Of a stretch of DNA of 64,000 nucleotides, positions 55,134-64,000 are shown in pieces. Below the pieces are notes generated by a model, which saw only the letters and a program-made list of their open reading frames with translations, did no database searches and was not told the origin of the DNA. How positions within the stretch are numbered: position 1 is the first letter of the stretch; the number at the start of each line of letters is the position of its first letter. The stretch is from positions 93,874-157,873 of the forward strand of contig JANWHE010000016.1 in NCBI GenBank assembly GCA_025450575.1. The letters run 5' to 3'. Position numbers and translations under genes: made by a program. Source of the DNA: Candidatus Saccharimonadales bacterium. Lineage in GTDB: Bacteria; Patescibacteriota; Saccharimonadia; Saccharimonadales; UBA10212.

Positions 55134-55259
55134 GATTCGTTACCCCTCTCTTACTTTCTTTTTTATTGTTTTTGGATTTTTTATTTACTGAGCTCGCTGA
55201 TGGTTTGCCGTCTCTCACGGCCGGCAAAACACCACCCTTTGCTCCCATTGGTACTTATT

Positions 55260-55288
55260 ATCATAGTGCGAATAAGTGTCCATGGCAA
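55260..55288 (-). promoter_or_regulatory. candidate nrdJ promoter overlapped by an inverted repeat
   Basis: On the minus strand: TTGCCA, 17-nt spacer, TATGAT. The inverted repeat ACTTATT-N11-AATAAGT (55253-55277) spans the -10 element. Confidence 0.35.
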
Positions 55289-55424
55289 CAAATAAGCTGC
55301 TTTTTTCGAAACTTCCGCCGCTCTACGAAGGAAAGGAGAGCAGGAACGGTTCGCTGACGAGCGAATGCGAATTTATTTCGCAAGTTCCGATGAGGGGACA
55401 ACCTTGGTTTGCCTCTCGTTGAAT

Positions 55425-55916
55425 TTATTTGGCGGGTTGTTTCTTGGGTGCCGGGCGGGCTTCTTTGCTTTCGCGGATACGCGACAGTTCGCGCTCGAAA
55501 CTGCTGATATCGCGGAACTTGCGGTAAACGCTGGCGAAGCGCACGTAGGCGACTTCGTTTAGTTTAGGCAGGCCGGCCATCACCAGTTCGCCGATGTCGG
55601 TGCTGGATACTTCCGGTTCGCCGCGGCCGTAGAGGTCGCGTTCTATCTGGGCCACGAAGCTTTCCAGCTGCAGGTTGGTGACGGATGTCTTTTCGGTGGC
55701 GTGCTGCAGGCCCTGCAAGAGCTTCTCGCGGGAAAACAGCTGGCGGTTGCCATTACGCTTTATGACTACCAAGCTGGGCCGTTCCAGGCGCTCGTAGGTC
55801 GTGAAGCGGTAGCCGCAGTTCAGGCATTCGCGGCGGCGGCGAATAGCGTCGTTGTCGGCGACGTCTCTTGATTCCACTACCTTATTATCTAAACTTCCGC
55901 ATCTCTGGCACTTCAT
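55425..55916 (-). CDS. nrdR: transcriptional repressor NrdR
   Basis: 163-aa ORF with an N-terminal zinc ribbon (MKCQRCGS...CLNCGYRFTTYE) and an ATP-cone. Confidence 0.95.
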   Translation of the reverse strand: MKCQRCGSLDNKVVESRDVADNDAIRRRRECLNCGYRFTTYERLERPSLVVIKRNGNRQLFSREKLLQGLQHATEKTSVTNLQLESFVAQIERDLYGRGEPEVSSTDIGELVMAGLPKLNEVAYVRFASVYRKFRDISSFERELSRIRESKEARPAPKKQPAK

Positions 55917-55956
55917 CGATTTTACCCCTTAAAACAACTTTTTGTTTAATGTACGG

Positions 55957-55972
55957 CCACTATATGTGGTGT
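55957..55972. promoter_or_regulatory. candidate NrdR box upstream of nrdR
   Basis: CCACTATATGTGGTGT compared with the palindromic NrdR-box consensus acaCwAtATaTwGtgt. It lies 41 nt upstream of the nrdR ATG. A weaker second match (CCACTCATAGCG) lies about 35 nt away. Confidence 0.4.
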
Positions 55973-56061
55973 TCGTAGACTTTATATTACCCCCACTCAT
56001 AGCGCCTATGCAAGCGGAAATCTGGTGTAGTTTTAACAAGGCTTTTACCCTTTTCGGCGGT

Positions 56062-57447
56062 TTATTTCTTAGTGGATTTGGAAGATTTGCCGGCTTTTTT
56101 GTCGTCGGGTTTTTGGTCATCGTCGGCGTCGGCGGGCGTGTCGTCAGCCGGACTGTCATCATCCGTAGAATCATCATGGGCGAACGGATAATCCGGTTCG
56201 TCGCTGCCGGCTGGCGTGTCGTCGGCTGGCTTGCGGCCGCGCAGGCGCCGCAAGAACGACGGCCGCTCAAGCTCGTCCTCGGTCGTCTCTTCGCTGGCGA
56301 TATTCTCTTCGTCCGGCAATGCCCAGATATTAGGCGTCTCGTCACTATGGAAATCCTCGGCCGGATGGGTCTCGTCTGTGATATTCATATCTAGATCTTT
56401 AAGCGTTTCGGCGTCTATCTTATTTTCGGTAGCCGGTTCTTCTTGGGCCCGGCGGATCAGATCGGCGGTCTTATTGTCGCGGGTGGCGAAGTAGCTGTCG
56501 TCGAAGCCGGTAGCCACCACGGTGACGATGATTTCGCCTTCCAGGTCCGGATTGATGGTAGCGCCGAAGATGATGTTGGCTTCGGGGTCGGCGGCGGTGG
56601 TAATTGTCTCGGCGACGGTGTTGATTTCGTGCATGCTCATGTCTAAGCCGCCAATGACGTTGAACAGAATGCCGCGGGCTCCGTCGATGGAAACCTCCAG
56701 CAGCGGGCTGGAGATAGCTTGCTGGGCGGCGTCCATAGCCCGGTTGTCCCCACTGGCCCGGCCGATACCCATCAGGGCGGAGCCGGCGTTGGCCATGACG
56801 GTTTTGACATCGGCGAAGTCCAGGTTAACTAAGCCGTGGACGGTAATCAGATCCGAAATGCCTTGCACCCCTTGGCGCAGAACGTCATCGGCCACTTTGA
56901 AGGCTTCTAACAGCGGCGTGCGGCGGTCGATGGTCTGCAGCAGGCGGTCATTAGGGACGGTAATGAGCGTATCGACGTTGCCGCGCAGCCGCTCGATGGA
57001 AGCGTCGGCGTTACGGCGCCGTTTTTCGCCTTCGAAAGCGAACGGTTTGGTGACGAAGCCGATGACTAAGGCGCCGGCTTCTTTGGCGGCTTTGGCGACC
57101 AGCGGGCCGGCGCCGCTGCCGGTACCGCCGCCTCCGCCGAAGGTTACGAATATCATATCCGAACCGGTGACGGCCTGCTTGATGTCTTCGGCGGATTCCT
57201 CGGCGGCTTTGGTGCCTACGCCCGGATCGGCGCCGGCGCCCAGGCCGCGGGTGGCCTCGTTGCCGATATGGACCTTTTGATTGGCTTTGGAATGATGGAG
57301 CGCCTGGGCGTCAGTATTGATCGCCACGAAATCTACCCCCGTTATGCCGGCATCCACCATCCGGTTGACGGCGGCGCCGCCGGCGCCGCCGACCCCCACT
57401 ACTTTTATACGGGCAAAGGTTTCAACGGCGGGGTCGACTTTAGGCAT
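56062..57447 (-). CDS. ftsZ: cell division protein FtsZ with extended C-terminal tail
   Basis: 461-aa ORF with [13 protein letters not shown] and the [10 protein letters not shown] tubulin signature. A long acidic linker and tail follow the globular core. Confidence 0.95.
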   Translation of the reverse strand: MPKVDPAVETFARIKVVGVGGAGGAAVNRMVDAGITGVDFVAINTDAQALHHSKANQKVHIGNEATRGLGAGADPGVGTKAAEESAEDIKQAVTGSDMIFVTFGGGGGTGSGAGPLVAKAAKEAGALVIGFVTKPFAFEGEKRRRNADASIERLRGNVDTLITVPNDRLLQTIDRRTPLLEAFKVADDVLRQGVQGISDLITVHGLVNLDFADVKTVMANAGSALMGIGRASGDNRAMDAAQQAISSPLLEVSIDGARGILFNVIGGLDMSMHEINTVAETITTAADPEANIIFGATINPDLEGEIIVTVVATGFDDSYFATRDNKTADLIRRAQEEPATENKIDAETLKDLDMNITDETHPAEDFHSDETPNIWALPDEENIASEETTEDELERPSFLRRLRGRKPADDTPAGSDEPDYPFAHDDSTDDDSPADDTPADADDDQKPDDKKAGKSSKSTKK

Positions 57448-57582
57448 TCTTATTCCACTCCATTAACTAGTGTCTTAATTATATTGGCTTTATAAATTGA
57501 ATGCAATTAATACTCAGAGTAAAGTTGTGGATTCTCAGCTGGACGGACCGGCGGCAAAAATTATTGTCGGCTCCGGAAAGGT

Positions 57583-58824
57583 TTAGCCGCGCTTCTTAAA
57601 GCGACCAATAATTGTGTTCAATGATGAATTAACAGATGATAACATACCGTGATTCTGCTCTACGTAGCTGACTTCGGCCGCCGGCCCAAGGTACATATCC
57701 AGCAGCATCAGCCCAACGGCCGGCGCGAATTCGTTCTCGTCCATACCGTCCACGACGCGTTTAATGTGCTTCCAATTGCCTACCCGAGCCGGCAATTCCA
57801 TGGCTTCTTTGGCGAAATCCGCCAAGCCGGGCAGCTTGCTGGTGCCGCCGGTCAGGACTACGCCACCCGGCAGCTTGCGCGATTTTCTGATTTTCTTCAG
57901 CTCATGATCAGCGAACTCCAAGATCTCTTCTACCCGGGCCTCGATGATCAGCCGCATCATCTCGCGGTCGAACCGCAGTTCCTCGCCCTTGACTACGAAA
58001 CTGGTCTCGCCGCTCACGCTTTTGGCTAAGGTGGCGTGTTTGACCTTGATCAGCTCGGCGATGTGCAGCTCGGTCTTTAAGCCGATAGCCAGGTCGTTGG
58101 TGATATGGGTGCCGCCCATCGGAATGACGGCGATGTGTTCCACTTCCCCGTCTTCGATAACTAACAGATTAGTGGTGGCCGCGCCGATGTCCAGCACGCA
58201 GACGCCGCTGTCCTTCATCTGGCGGTCCAAAACCGCCTCGCCGGCCGCCAGCGAAGTCACGGTCCGGTGGCTGGCCTGCAGCTCGGCCCGGTGTAGTACT
58301 TGCTCCAAACTCTTTAGGGCCGGGGTACTGGCCACTAATATATGGGTGTCGACTTCCAGACGCACGCCGTGCATGCCGACCGGGTCCTTGATGTTCTCCT
58401 GCCCATCTAATCTGTAATTCTTGGCGAAAACCTGGATGATTTCCTTGTTGGCCGGCAGCTGGACGACGGTAGCGGCTTCTTCGACGCGCATCCGGTCTTC
58501 GACCCCGATGATCCGGTCGGCCGAACTAATGGCTACCACGCCTTTAGAATTGACGCCTTCGACATGCGAGCCGTTGACGTTGACGGTGGCGTGGCGGACT
58601 TCCCGGCCGCTCATCCGTTCGGCTTCCTGCACGGCGTTCACCACGGCTTGGGCGACTTCTTCGATGTGGGCGACATTACCCTTGCGCATGCCGCTGTTAG
58701 AGGCGCTGGAAAAGCCGATGACCGTCGGTATCTGGGCGTCGCCGGCCAATTCTCCGACCACGCAGCGCACGGCGGTGGTACCTATATCCAGGCCTACGAA
58801 ATATTGGAGTTGCTGTTCAGACAT
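57583..58824 (-). CDS. ftsA: cell division protein FtsA
   Basis: 413-aa ORF with actin-fold motifs (VGLDIGTTAVRCVVGE, DIGAATTNL, VLTGGTSKLPG). Confidence 0.9.
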   Translation of the reverse strand: MSEQQLQYFVGLDIGTTAVRCVVGELAGDAQIPTVIGFSSASNSGMRKGNVAHIEEVAQAVVNAVQEAERMSGREVRHATVNVNGSHVEGVNSKGVVAISSADRIIGVEDRMRVEEAATVVQLPANKEIIQVFAKNYRLDGQENIKDPVGMHGVRLEVDTHILVASTPALKSLEQVLHRAELQASHRTVTSLAAGEAVLDRQMKDSGVCVLDIGAATTNLLVIEDGEVEHIAVIPMGGTHITNDLAIGLKTELHIAELIKVKHATLAKSVSGETSFVVKGEELRFDREMMRLIIEARVEEILEFADHELKKIRKSRKLPGGVVLTGGTSKLPGLADFAKEAMELPARVGNWKHIKRVVDGMDENEFAPAVGLMLLDMYLGPAAEVSYVEQNHGMLSSVNSSLNTIIGRFKKRG

Positions 58825-58923
58825 TTTGTGTTTTTATTATAGTCTACTGCCCATAACTATACTGCTAGAGGCAATAAGAAACAAGTGAGCAGTGAGTAGT
58901 TGATAGCGGGTAGTAAGGCCAAA

Positions 58924-58948
58924 TAAAAAAACCGCCTGAAGGGCGGTT
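58924..58948 (-). terminator. intrinsic terminator upstream of ftsA
   Basis: Stem AACCGCC/GGCGGTT. On the minus strand a T7 run follows, 23 nt after the stop of ORF 58971-59219. Confidence 0.65.
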
Positions 58949-58970
58949 AGAGTTTAGAGCTGCTAGGGGA

Positions 58971-59219
58971 TTAGCGAGGCGAGCGTTCCATCTCTTCTCT
59001 GGCTTGAGCTTCGAGAACATCTTGGTTTTCCAGCTGCCAAGTGTGCGCATCCTGTAGGTGTTTGGCACCCCGGCTTTTGCGGGTTTCAGCCAGTCCGATA
59101 TCACCTCTGGCTAAGGCAGAGTCGACGCTATCTGAGACAACCTTATGAAGTACATATTCGCCTACGGCGCGTTGATCGGCATGTGAGGCTTTGGTGTCGG
59201 GAGAGGCTTCTAAAAGCAT
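58971..59219 (-). CDS. small hypothetical protein
   Basis: 82-aa ORF with an ATG start, followed directly by a clean terminator. I prefer it to the overlapping 58865-59104 ORF. Confidence 0.45.
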   Translation of the reverse strand: MLLEASPDTKASHADQRAVGEYVLHKVVSDSVDSALARGDIGLAETRKSRGAKHLQDAHTWQLENQDVLEAQAREEMERSPR

Positions 59220-59300
59220 TTTTGGGTTTTCCTTTCGGACTTTTTGTTTTTGAAGAACTTAAGTAATACCTTATCACACTTACGCTTATTTTGCAAGTAT

Positions 59301-59558
59301 TTATCTGGCGCGTAGGTTGATGTTACCTCCCAGTGCGACATCTTGCCGGTCCAGCTCGAACATCATACTCATAAATCTATGTCTTTGCTCGGAGTTTTGA
59401 AACCTAAGACTGACATGGCTCATGAAGTCGTTAGGCGATCGGCTGGGTCTTTCTTGAAGCTCTATACCGGTGGAATCCCGAACCAATTTTCTAACTATCG
59501 CCTGCCGGCCTTTGGTGGCCAGGAAACTCTGACGGCGGTCTTCGGGTGATTTTTCCAC
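59301..59558 (-). CDS. small hypothetical protein (uncertain)
   Basis: 85-aa ORF with a GTG start 10 nt after the map stop. I see no clear RBS and recognise no family. Confidence 0.3.
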   Translation of the reverse strand: MEKSPEDRRQSFLATKGRQAIVRKLVRDSTGIELQERPSRSPNDFMSHVSLRFQNSEQRHRFMSMMFELDRQDVALGGNINLRAR

Positions 59559-59568
59559 ACTTTATATT

Positions 59569-60321
59569 CTATACCAGGGTCAGGATCTCGGCGCCGTCTT
59601 CTGTAACTAAGACCGTGTGTTCGAAATGGGCGCCTAAGCTGCCGTCTTTCATGATGATGGTGTTCTTGTCCTTAGCGACAGCGATATGCCAGTCGCCGAG
59701 AGCGGCCATCGGTTCGATGGCGATGGTCATGCCGGCATGCAAGGTCGGGCCGGTGCCGGCCACGCCGTAGTTAGGGATGTTGGGCGCCTCGTGTATCTGG
59801 TAGCCGACGCCATGGCCGACCAGTTCGCGGATGACGCTGAGCCTATATTCTTTTTCTAGGACGTCCTGGACGGCTTGGCTGATGTCGCCGACCCGCGTGC
59901 CTTCGCCTTTGACGGCGGCTATGCCGGCGTCCAGTGCGGCTTTGGTGCCGTCCAGCAGGCGCTGGACGCCGGCCGAGCCATGGCCGCCGGCGATCACCGA
60001 CACCGCTGAATCGTTGATCATGCCTTTATAACCGAGAGTCAGATCCAGTTTGACCAGGTCGCCCTGGCGGATCGGCTGGTTGCCGGGAATACCGTGGACG
60101 ATGGCGTTGTTGATTGAAATGCAGATGACGTCCGGGAAACCGTCGTAGCCCAAGACCACCGGCTGCATGTTACGTTTTTTAATCTGTTCGGCGGCATCGG
60201 CCGCCAGGTCTTTGGGCGTGATGCCGGCTTCGACTTTGCCGGCCAGATCTTTTAAGATGGCGGCTAACAGTTTGCCGCCTTCGCGCATGTTCTTCAGGTC
60301 GGCCGGTGTTTTGGCGCGCAT
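59569..60321 (-). CDS. map: type I methionine aminopeptidase
   Basis: 250-aa ORF with the conserved metal-ligand context (VHGIP, DLVKLD, GHGVG, EPM, FEHTV). Confidence 0.95.
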   Translation of the reverse strand: MRAKTPADLKNMREGGKLLAAILKDLAGKVEAGITPKDLAADAAEQIKKRNMQPVVLGYDGFPDVICISINNAIVHGIPGNQPIRQGDLVKLDLTLGYKGMINDSAVSVIAGGHGSAGVQRLLDGTKAALDAGIAAVKGEGTRVGDISQAVQDVLEKEYRLSVIRELVGHGVGYQIHEAPNIPNYGVAGTGPTLHAGMTIAIEPMAALGDWHIAVAKDKNTIIMKDGSLGAHFEHTVLVTEDGAEILTLV

Positions 60322-60322
60322 A

Positions 60323-60859
60323 CTAAACTCCCAGCGCCTTTTCGATGTCGGTTTCGACCTGGTGCGGCGGCTGGTCGGCGTCGATTTCGTGAACTTTATA
60401 CCCTTCTTTTGTCAAATAATCGATAATCGGCACGATGGCTTCGTCGTACTCACGGAAGCGCTCGGCGATGGCTTGGTCGTGGTCGTCGGGGCGCTGGCGG
60501 GCCAGCAAGCGGTCTTTGGCTTTCGGCTGGTCGATATTAAGATGGATTATCCCTGTTATTTTGAGCTCGCCGGCTTGGTCCTTATCGGCCAGCCACTTGG
60601 CCTGGCGCATGGTGCGCGGCGTGCCGTCTAAGACGAATTGGTGCGAGTCGGCGCCGATGCGGCGAAATTCCTCGTCTAGCACGGCCAGGGCGTGGTTGTC
60701 GTTGACTATTTCGCCGCGAAGCATCTGTTTCTGGGTGTCCGCGTCCATACTTTGGCGCAGCAGGCTGCCGGTGGAAACCCATGGACAATGTAGATGGGCG
60801 GCTAACAGCTGGCCCATGGTGCTTTTACCGGAGCCGGCCAGGCCCATGAATATGATCAT
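60323..60859 (-). CDS. adk: adenylate kinase (short LID, no zinc motif)
   Basis: 178-aa ORF with P-loop GLAGSGKST, STGSLLR and LDGTPRT..QA. It occupies the usual position upstream of map. Confidence 0.8.
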   Translation of the reverse strand: MIIFMGLAGSGKSTMGQLLAAHLHCPWVSTGSLLRQSMDADTQKQMLRGEIVNDNHALAVLDEEFRRIGADSHQFVLDGTPRTMRQAKWLADKDQAGELKITGIIHLNIDQPKAKDRLLARQRPDDHDQAIAERFREYDEAIVPIIDYLTKEGYKVHEIDADQPPHQVETDIEKALGV

Positions 60860-60862
60860 CGG

Positions 60863-61306
60863 CTAAAGTTTTTCCTTTACCAACCGGGCTATCAGGGCTC
60901 CATCGGCCGCTCCGCCGGCGCGGCCGCGCACGGCGCCGATAATCTGCCCCATGTTCTGCATCGACGCCCCGTCTACTTTGGCGATCTCTTCGTCGACAAT
61001 CTTAGCCAGTTCGTCCTCGCTCATCTGCTCCGGCAAGTAGGCATCGATGGTAGCTTTTTCGTCCAGTTCTTTGGCGGCCCGGTCAGCGGCCCCGCCCTGC
61101 TTGTATAAATCGGCGGCTTCCTGGCGTTTTTTGGATTCACGGACTAGGATCTTTTGGATCTGTTCGTCGGACAGGCCGCTGTCGCGGGCGCCGGCGCTGA
61201 TGGCTTCGTTCAATAAGGCGCTTTTGATGCCCCGCAGGGTTTCAGCTTTAGCTTTATCACCAGCTAACATGGCCTCTTTGAGGTCTTTATCTATCTGTTG
61301 CTGCAT
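60863..61306 (-). CDS. GatB/YqeY domain-containing protein
   Basis: 147-aa ORF. The sequence I.KDLKEAMLAGDK...TLRGIKSAL.NE...E.IAK is typical of the YqeY family. Confidence 0.85.
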   Translation of the reverse strand: MQQQIDKDLKEAMLAGDKAKAETLRGIKSALLNEAISAGARDSGLSDEQIQKILVRESKKRQEAADLYKQGGAADRAAKELDEKATIDAYLPEQMSEDELAKIVDEEIAKVDGASMQNMGQIIGAVRGRAGGAADGALIARLVKEKL

Positions 61307-61310
61307 CCGG

Positions 61311-61523
61311 CTATCTCCCTAGCTTGAGCTTCTTAATCTTATCGGCTTTGCGTTCGCGGCGGACGATGGCCTTCAAACGGCGGTCGCGGCGGCTCTCGGA
61401 CCGCTCGAAATACTGGCCCGATTTGGCCGTCGCCAAAACGCCGGATTGCTGGACCTTGCGGTTGAACCGGCGCAGCAGGTTTTCCACCGATTCCTTGGAA
61501 TCTTTGCGTGTAACTTGAATCAT
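61311..61523 (-). CDS. rpsU: 30S ribosomal protein S21
   Basis: 70-aa basic ORF. ..ESVENLLRRFNRKVQQSGVL....YFE..SE.RR matches the S21 pattern. Confidence 0.88.
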   Translation of the reverse strand: MIQVTRKDSKESVENLLRRFNRKVQQSGVLATAKSGQYFERSESRRDRRLKAIVRRERKADKIKKLKLGR

Positions 61524-61583
61524 CCCAGTTATTGTACACTATTAACCTCTTAGAATCTAGGGGGCGCGATCACCTCGGCTTGG

Positions 61584-61901
61584 TTATTGCTGCGGGGGGC
61601 GAGGCGGCTGGTTGGCCTGGGCGCGTTTGTTGGCAGCTACCCGTTGTGATTTGAGCACGATGCTTTGGAGCTCTTTGAAGATGGGGAACTGCTTGTTGGT
61701 GTAGTAAATCTTGGTGTTGCTTTGGCGTTCGCTGATCAGAAAACCGATTTTTTCCAGACGCTTGAGCTCGCGTTGGATGTTGCCGGCGTCTTCTTTGATA
61801 AGCTTGGCTAAACCTCTTACGTGGGTCTTGAAATCCGGATATTTAGCATAGACCACGATGATTTTGCGGCGGACCCTGGACGTAATGAATGTATCAAGCA
61901 T
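61584..61901 (-). CDS. winged-helix (ArsR/PadR-like) transcriptional regulator
   Basis: The ORF track starts at a TTG at 61943. I prefer the ATG at 61901 (MLDTFITSRVRRKI..), which has an AAAGGGG RBS. The HTH is RGLAKLIKEDAGNIQRELKRLEKIGFL. Confidence 0.65.
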   Translation of the reverse strand: MLDTFITSRVRRKIIVVYAKYPDFKTHVRGLAKLIKEDAGNIQRELKRLEKIGFLISERQSNTKIYYTNKQFPIFKELQSIVLKSQRVAANKRAQANQPPRPPQQ

Positions 61902-62012
61902 AAGCCCCTTTGTTGTTTCCCTTACTACGGATAGTATATACAAAAGTCCACAACATTTGCAATAAAGTGTCCGTTTGGGAAAAGCCGTCTTTATTTACAG
62001 GGTACAATATAG

Positions 62013-63968
62013 ATGATGAGGTATTACGAGGTGCTGTTGGCTGATACGAAGTATAAGAGCGGCGCGCCGCTGACTTATTCTTCGGAGGACGCGCTGGAGG
62101 TCTTGAACGTGGTCAGCGTGCCGCTGAGAGCCCGCACCGCCACCGGCTTCGTCTTGGGCGAAACCGGCAAGCCGGGGTTCGCCGTCAAGCCGGTCAAAAG
62201 CTTGGTCAGCGCCCATCCCCTCCCCTATCACTGCTTGCAGCTGGCCCAGTGGATGGAGGTTTATTACGCTATCAATCTAAGCGAATCTTTGCGGCAGTTC
62301 GCGCCCAGCAAGCCGGCCATCAGAAATATTAAAACCGATTCCCTGTCCAATGCCGGGCCCGCGCCCCAAGAGATCCAGCTGCAGATGCACGCACCGCTGA
62401 CTGCCGATCAGAAACGGGCCATAACTGAGATAAAACAAAGCCCTAGCACCACCGTCCTGCTGCATGGCGAGACCGGCACCGGCAAGACCCGAGTTTACCT
62501 GGAGCTGGCGAAAGAGACTTTGGCGGCCGGTAAATCGGTGATTTTGCTGACGCCGGAAATCTCACTGACTACCCAGCTGGCGGCGGCGGCCCAAGCCTAT
62601 TTACAGATCAAACCGATAGTCATGCACTCGCAGCTGAGCGCGGCCAAGCGCAAACAGCTGTGGCTGAGAAGCCTGGAAGCCGAGCAGCCGCAGCTGATTA
62701 TCGGGCCGCGCTCGGCCCTGTTCTCGGCGGTGCCCAGCATCGGCCTGATAGTCGTGGACGAAGCCCACGAACCGGCTTACAAGCAGGAGCAGACGCCCCG
62801 CTACAGCGCGTTGCGGGTTGCCAGCCAGTTGGGCGCGCTGACCGGCGCAAAAGTCATCTATGGCACGGCGACGCCTAACGCCGCCGACTATTATGTAGCC
62901 GATGAGCGGTCGGCGGTAGTCCGGATGACCGAGATGGCGATGGGCAGCACCGAAGGCGACGTCAGCATCGAAGTCATCGATCTGAAAGACCGGCGCAATT
63001 TCGGCTCGAACCACTATTTATCAAGAAAGATGATCGAGGCTATCAGCACTACGCTGGCGGCCAAAAAACAGGTGATCGTTTATCTTAACCGGCGCGGGTC
63101 GGCCCGGGTAATCCTGTGCGATAACTGCGGCTGGCGCGACCTATGCCCCAACTGCGACGTTTCGCTGGTCTACCATGCCGACCAGCACCTAGCCAAATGC
63201 CATATCTGCGGCTATGCCCACCAGCCGCCGGTCCAGTGTCCGAACTGCGGCAACACCGACGTCATATATAAGACGATCGGCACTAAGGCTTTAGCCGACC
63301 AGGTCGAAAAGCTGTTCCCCGACCGGGCCGTAGCCCGCTTTGACAGTGATAATAAGACCGATGAAAGCTTAAACGAGGTTTATCAGGACCTGTTGGGCGG
63401 TAAGATCGATATCTTAGTCGGCACCCAGTTGCTGGCCAAAGGCCTGGACCTGCCCAAGCTAGGGCTGGTGGCGGTAGTATCGGCCGAATCGTCGCTGACG
63501 CTGCCCGATTTTACCGCCGAAGAGCGGACTTTCCAGCTACTGTACCAGATTATCGGCCGGGTCGGCCGGGGCCACTCCAAAGGCCAGGTAGTAGTCCAGA
63601 CTTACGAACCGGACAGCGTGGTTATCCGGGCGGCTGTCGGCCGCGACTATCGGCTATTTTACGAACATACGCTCAAAGAGCGCCAAGCCTTCCGATTCCC
63701 GCCATTCAGTTATCTTATGAAGCTGACGGTCCGGCGAGCGACCGTCAACGGCGTCCAGAACGCTTCGCAAAAACTCAAGGACGAGCTGGCCGCCCAAGGC
63801 CGACCGGTCGAAGTCATCGGCCCGACACCGGCTTTTTACGCCCGCCGCGGCAAATATTTCTATTACCAGCTGGTGTGCAAAAGCAAAGACCGCGACCACC
63901 TGTTGGCACTGGCTCAAATCGTGCCCGCCGACTGGCAAATCGACCTGGATCCAGCCGACCTGCTTTGA
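62013..63968 (+). CDS. priA: primosomal protein N' (replication restart helicase PriA)
   Basis: 651-aa ORF with Walker A HGETGTGKT, DEAHE and the Cys-rich zinc insertion (CDNCG..CPNCD..CHICG..CPNCG). Confidence 0.92.
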   Translation: MMRYYEVLLADTKYKSGAPLTYSSEDALEVLNVVSVPLRARTATGFVLGETGKPGFAVKPVKSLVSAHPLPYHCLQLAQWMEVYYAINLSESLRQFAPSKPAIRNIKTDSLSNAGPAPQEIQLQMHAPLTADQKRAITEIKQSPSTTVLLHGETGTGKTRVYLELAKETLAAGKSVILLTPEISLTTQLAAAAQAYLQIKPIVMHSQLSAAKRKQLWLRSLEAEQPQLIIGPRSALFSAVPSIGLIVVDEAHEPAYKQEQTPRYSALRVASQLGALTGAKVIYGTATPNAADYYVADERSAVVRMTEMAMGSTEGDVSIEVIDLKDRRNFGSNHYLSRKMIEAISTTLAAKKQVIVYLNRRGSARVILCDNCGWRDLCPNCDVSLVYHADQHLAKCHICGYAHQPPVQCPNCGNTDVIYKTIGTKALADQVEKLFPDRAVARFDSDNKTDESLNEVYQDLLGGKIDILVGTQLLAKGLDLPKLGLVAVVSAESSLTLPDFTAEERTFQLLYQIIGRVGRGHSKGQVVVQTYEPDSVVIRAAVGRDYRLFYEHTLKERQAFRFPPFSYLMKLTVRRATVNGVQNASQKLKDELAAQGRPVEVIGPTPAFYARRGKYFYYQLVCKSKDRDHLLALAQIVPADWQIDLDPADLL

Positions 63969-64000
63969 AGCCCTAGGCGAAATAACAGAGGTAGGTTATA

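Noticed and set aside
55134-55424. Possible cobalamin riboswitch upstream of the B12-dependent nrdJ.
   Set aside because: I could find no B12-box-like core (AGCC.G.AGACCTGCC-type) and none of the conserved GGGAA...GGTG..AA..CC elements on the minus strand. The region looks like a promoter plus a simple hairpin leader.
56522-57280. 252-aa plus-strand ORF. The similar ORFs 6596-7159, 57944-58417, 58421-58888 and 48480-48998 belong in the same group.
   Set aside because: All lie antisense within confidently identified genes (ftsZ, the acidic protein, ftsA, ileS). Their Ser/Ala/Pro/Arg-rich translations have no family resemblance.
58865-59104. 79-aa minus-strand ORF overlapping ORF 58971-59219.
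   Set aside because: It spans the strong terminator at 58924-58948 and overlaps the better-supported 82-aa ORF, which ends just upstream of that terminator.

Overview
This is a densely coding bacterial chromosomal segment. By eye it is slightly above 50% G+C, and most genes lie on the minus strand. I found no rRNA, tRNA, CRISPR array, transposase or integrase. Most of the content is housekeeping. Translation genes: serS, class I lysS/lysK, proS, ileS, greA, frr, tsf, rpsB, rpmE, prfA, prmC, rplU, rpsU, map and adk. Division and segregation: ftsA, ftsZ, parA and parB. Nucleotide metabolism: nrdR and nrdJ. Envelope: LCP, HtrA, LepB, RseP and CPBP. Replication restart: priA. Several proteins are in minimal form (EF-Ts 154 aa, ProRS without the INS domain, short-lid Adk). 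Together with class I LysRS, B12-type RNR and giant surface proteins, this suggests a reduced-genome lineage, possibly Patescibacteria/CPR and Saccharibacteria-like. That assignment is inference only. Items worth a second look: (1) a ~10.8-kb cell-surface locus (36.8-47.6 kb) with three paralogous single-pass membrane proteins, a glycine-rich protein and a 2206-aa giant protein carrying a CBM-like module; (2) an orphan cytochrome b6-like gene that keeps all four heme-ligand histidines; (3) a G+C-rich three-gene cassette on the opposite strand where pyrH normally sits between tsf and frr; (4) a ~340-nt structured RNA that looks like a reduced RNase P RNA; (5) a low-G+C islet with a DUF559-like endonuclease gene and repeated hairpin motifs; (6) several long, hairpin-rich intergenic regions. 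All calls rest on reading the ORF translations and the DNA by eye. No searches were run.
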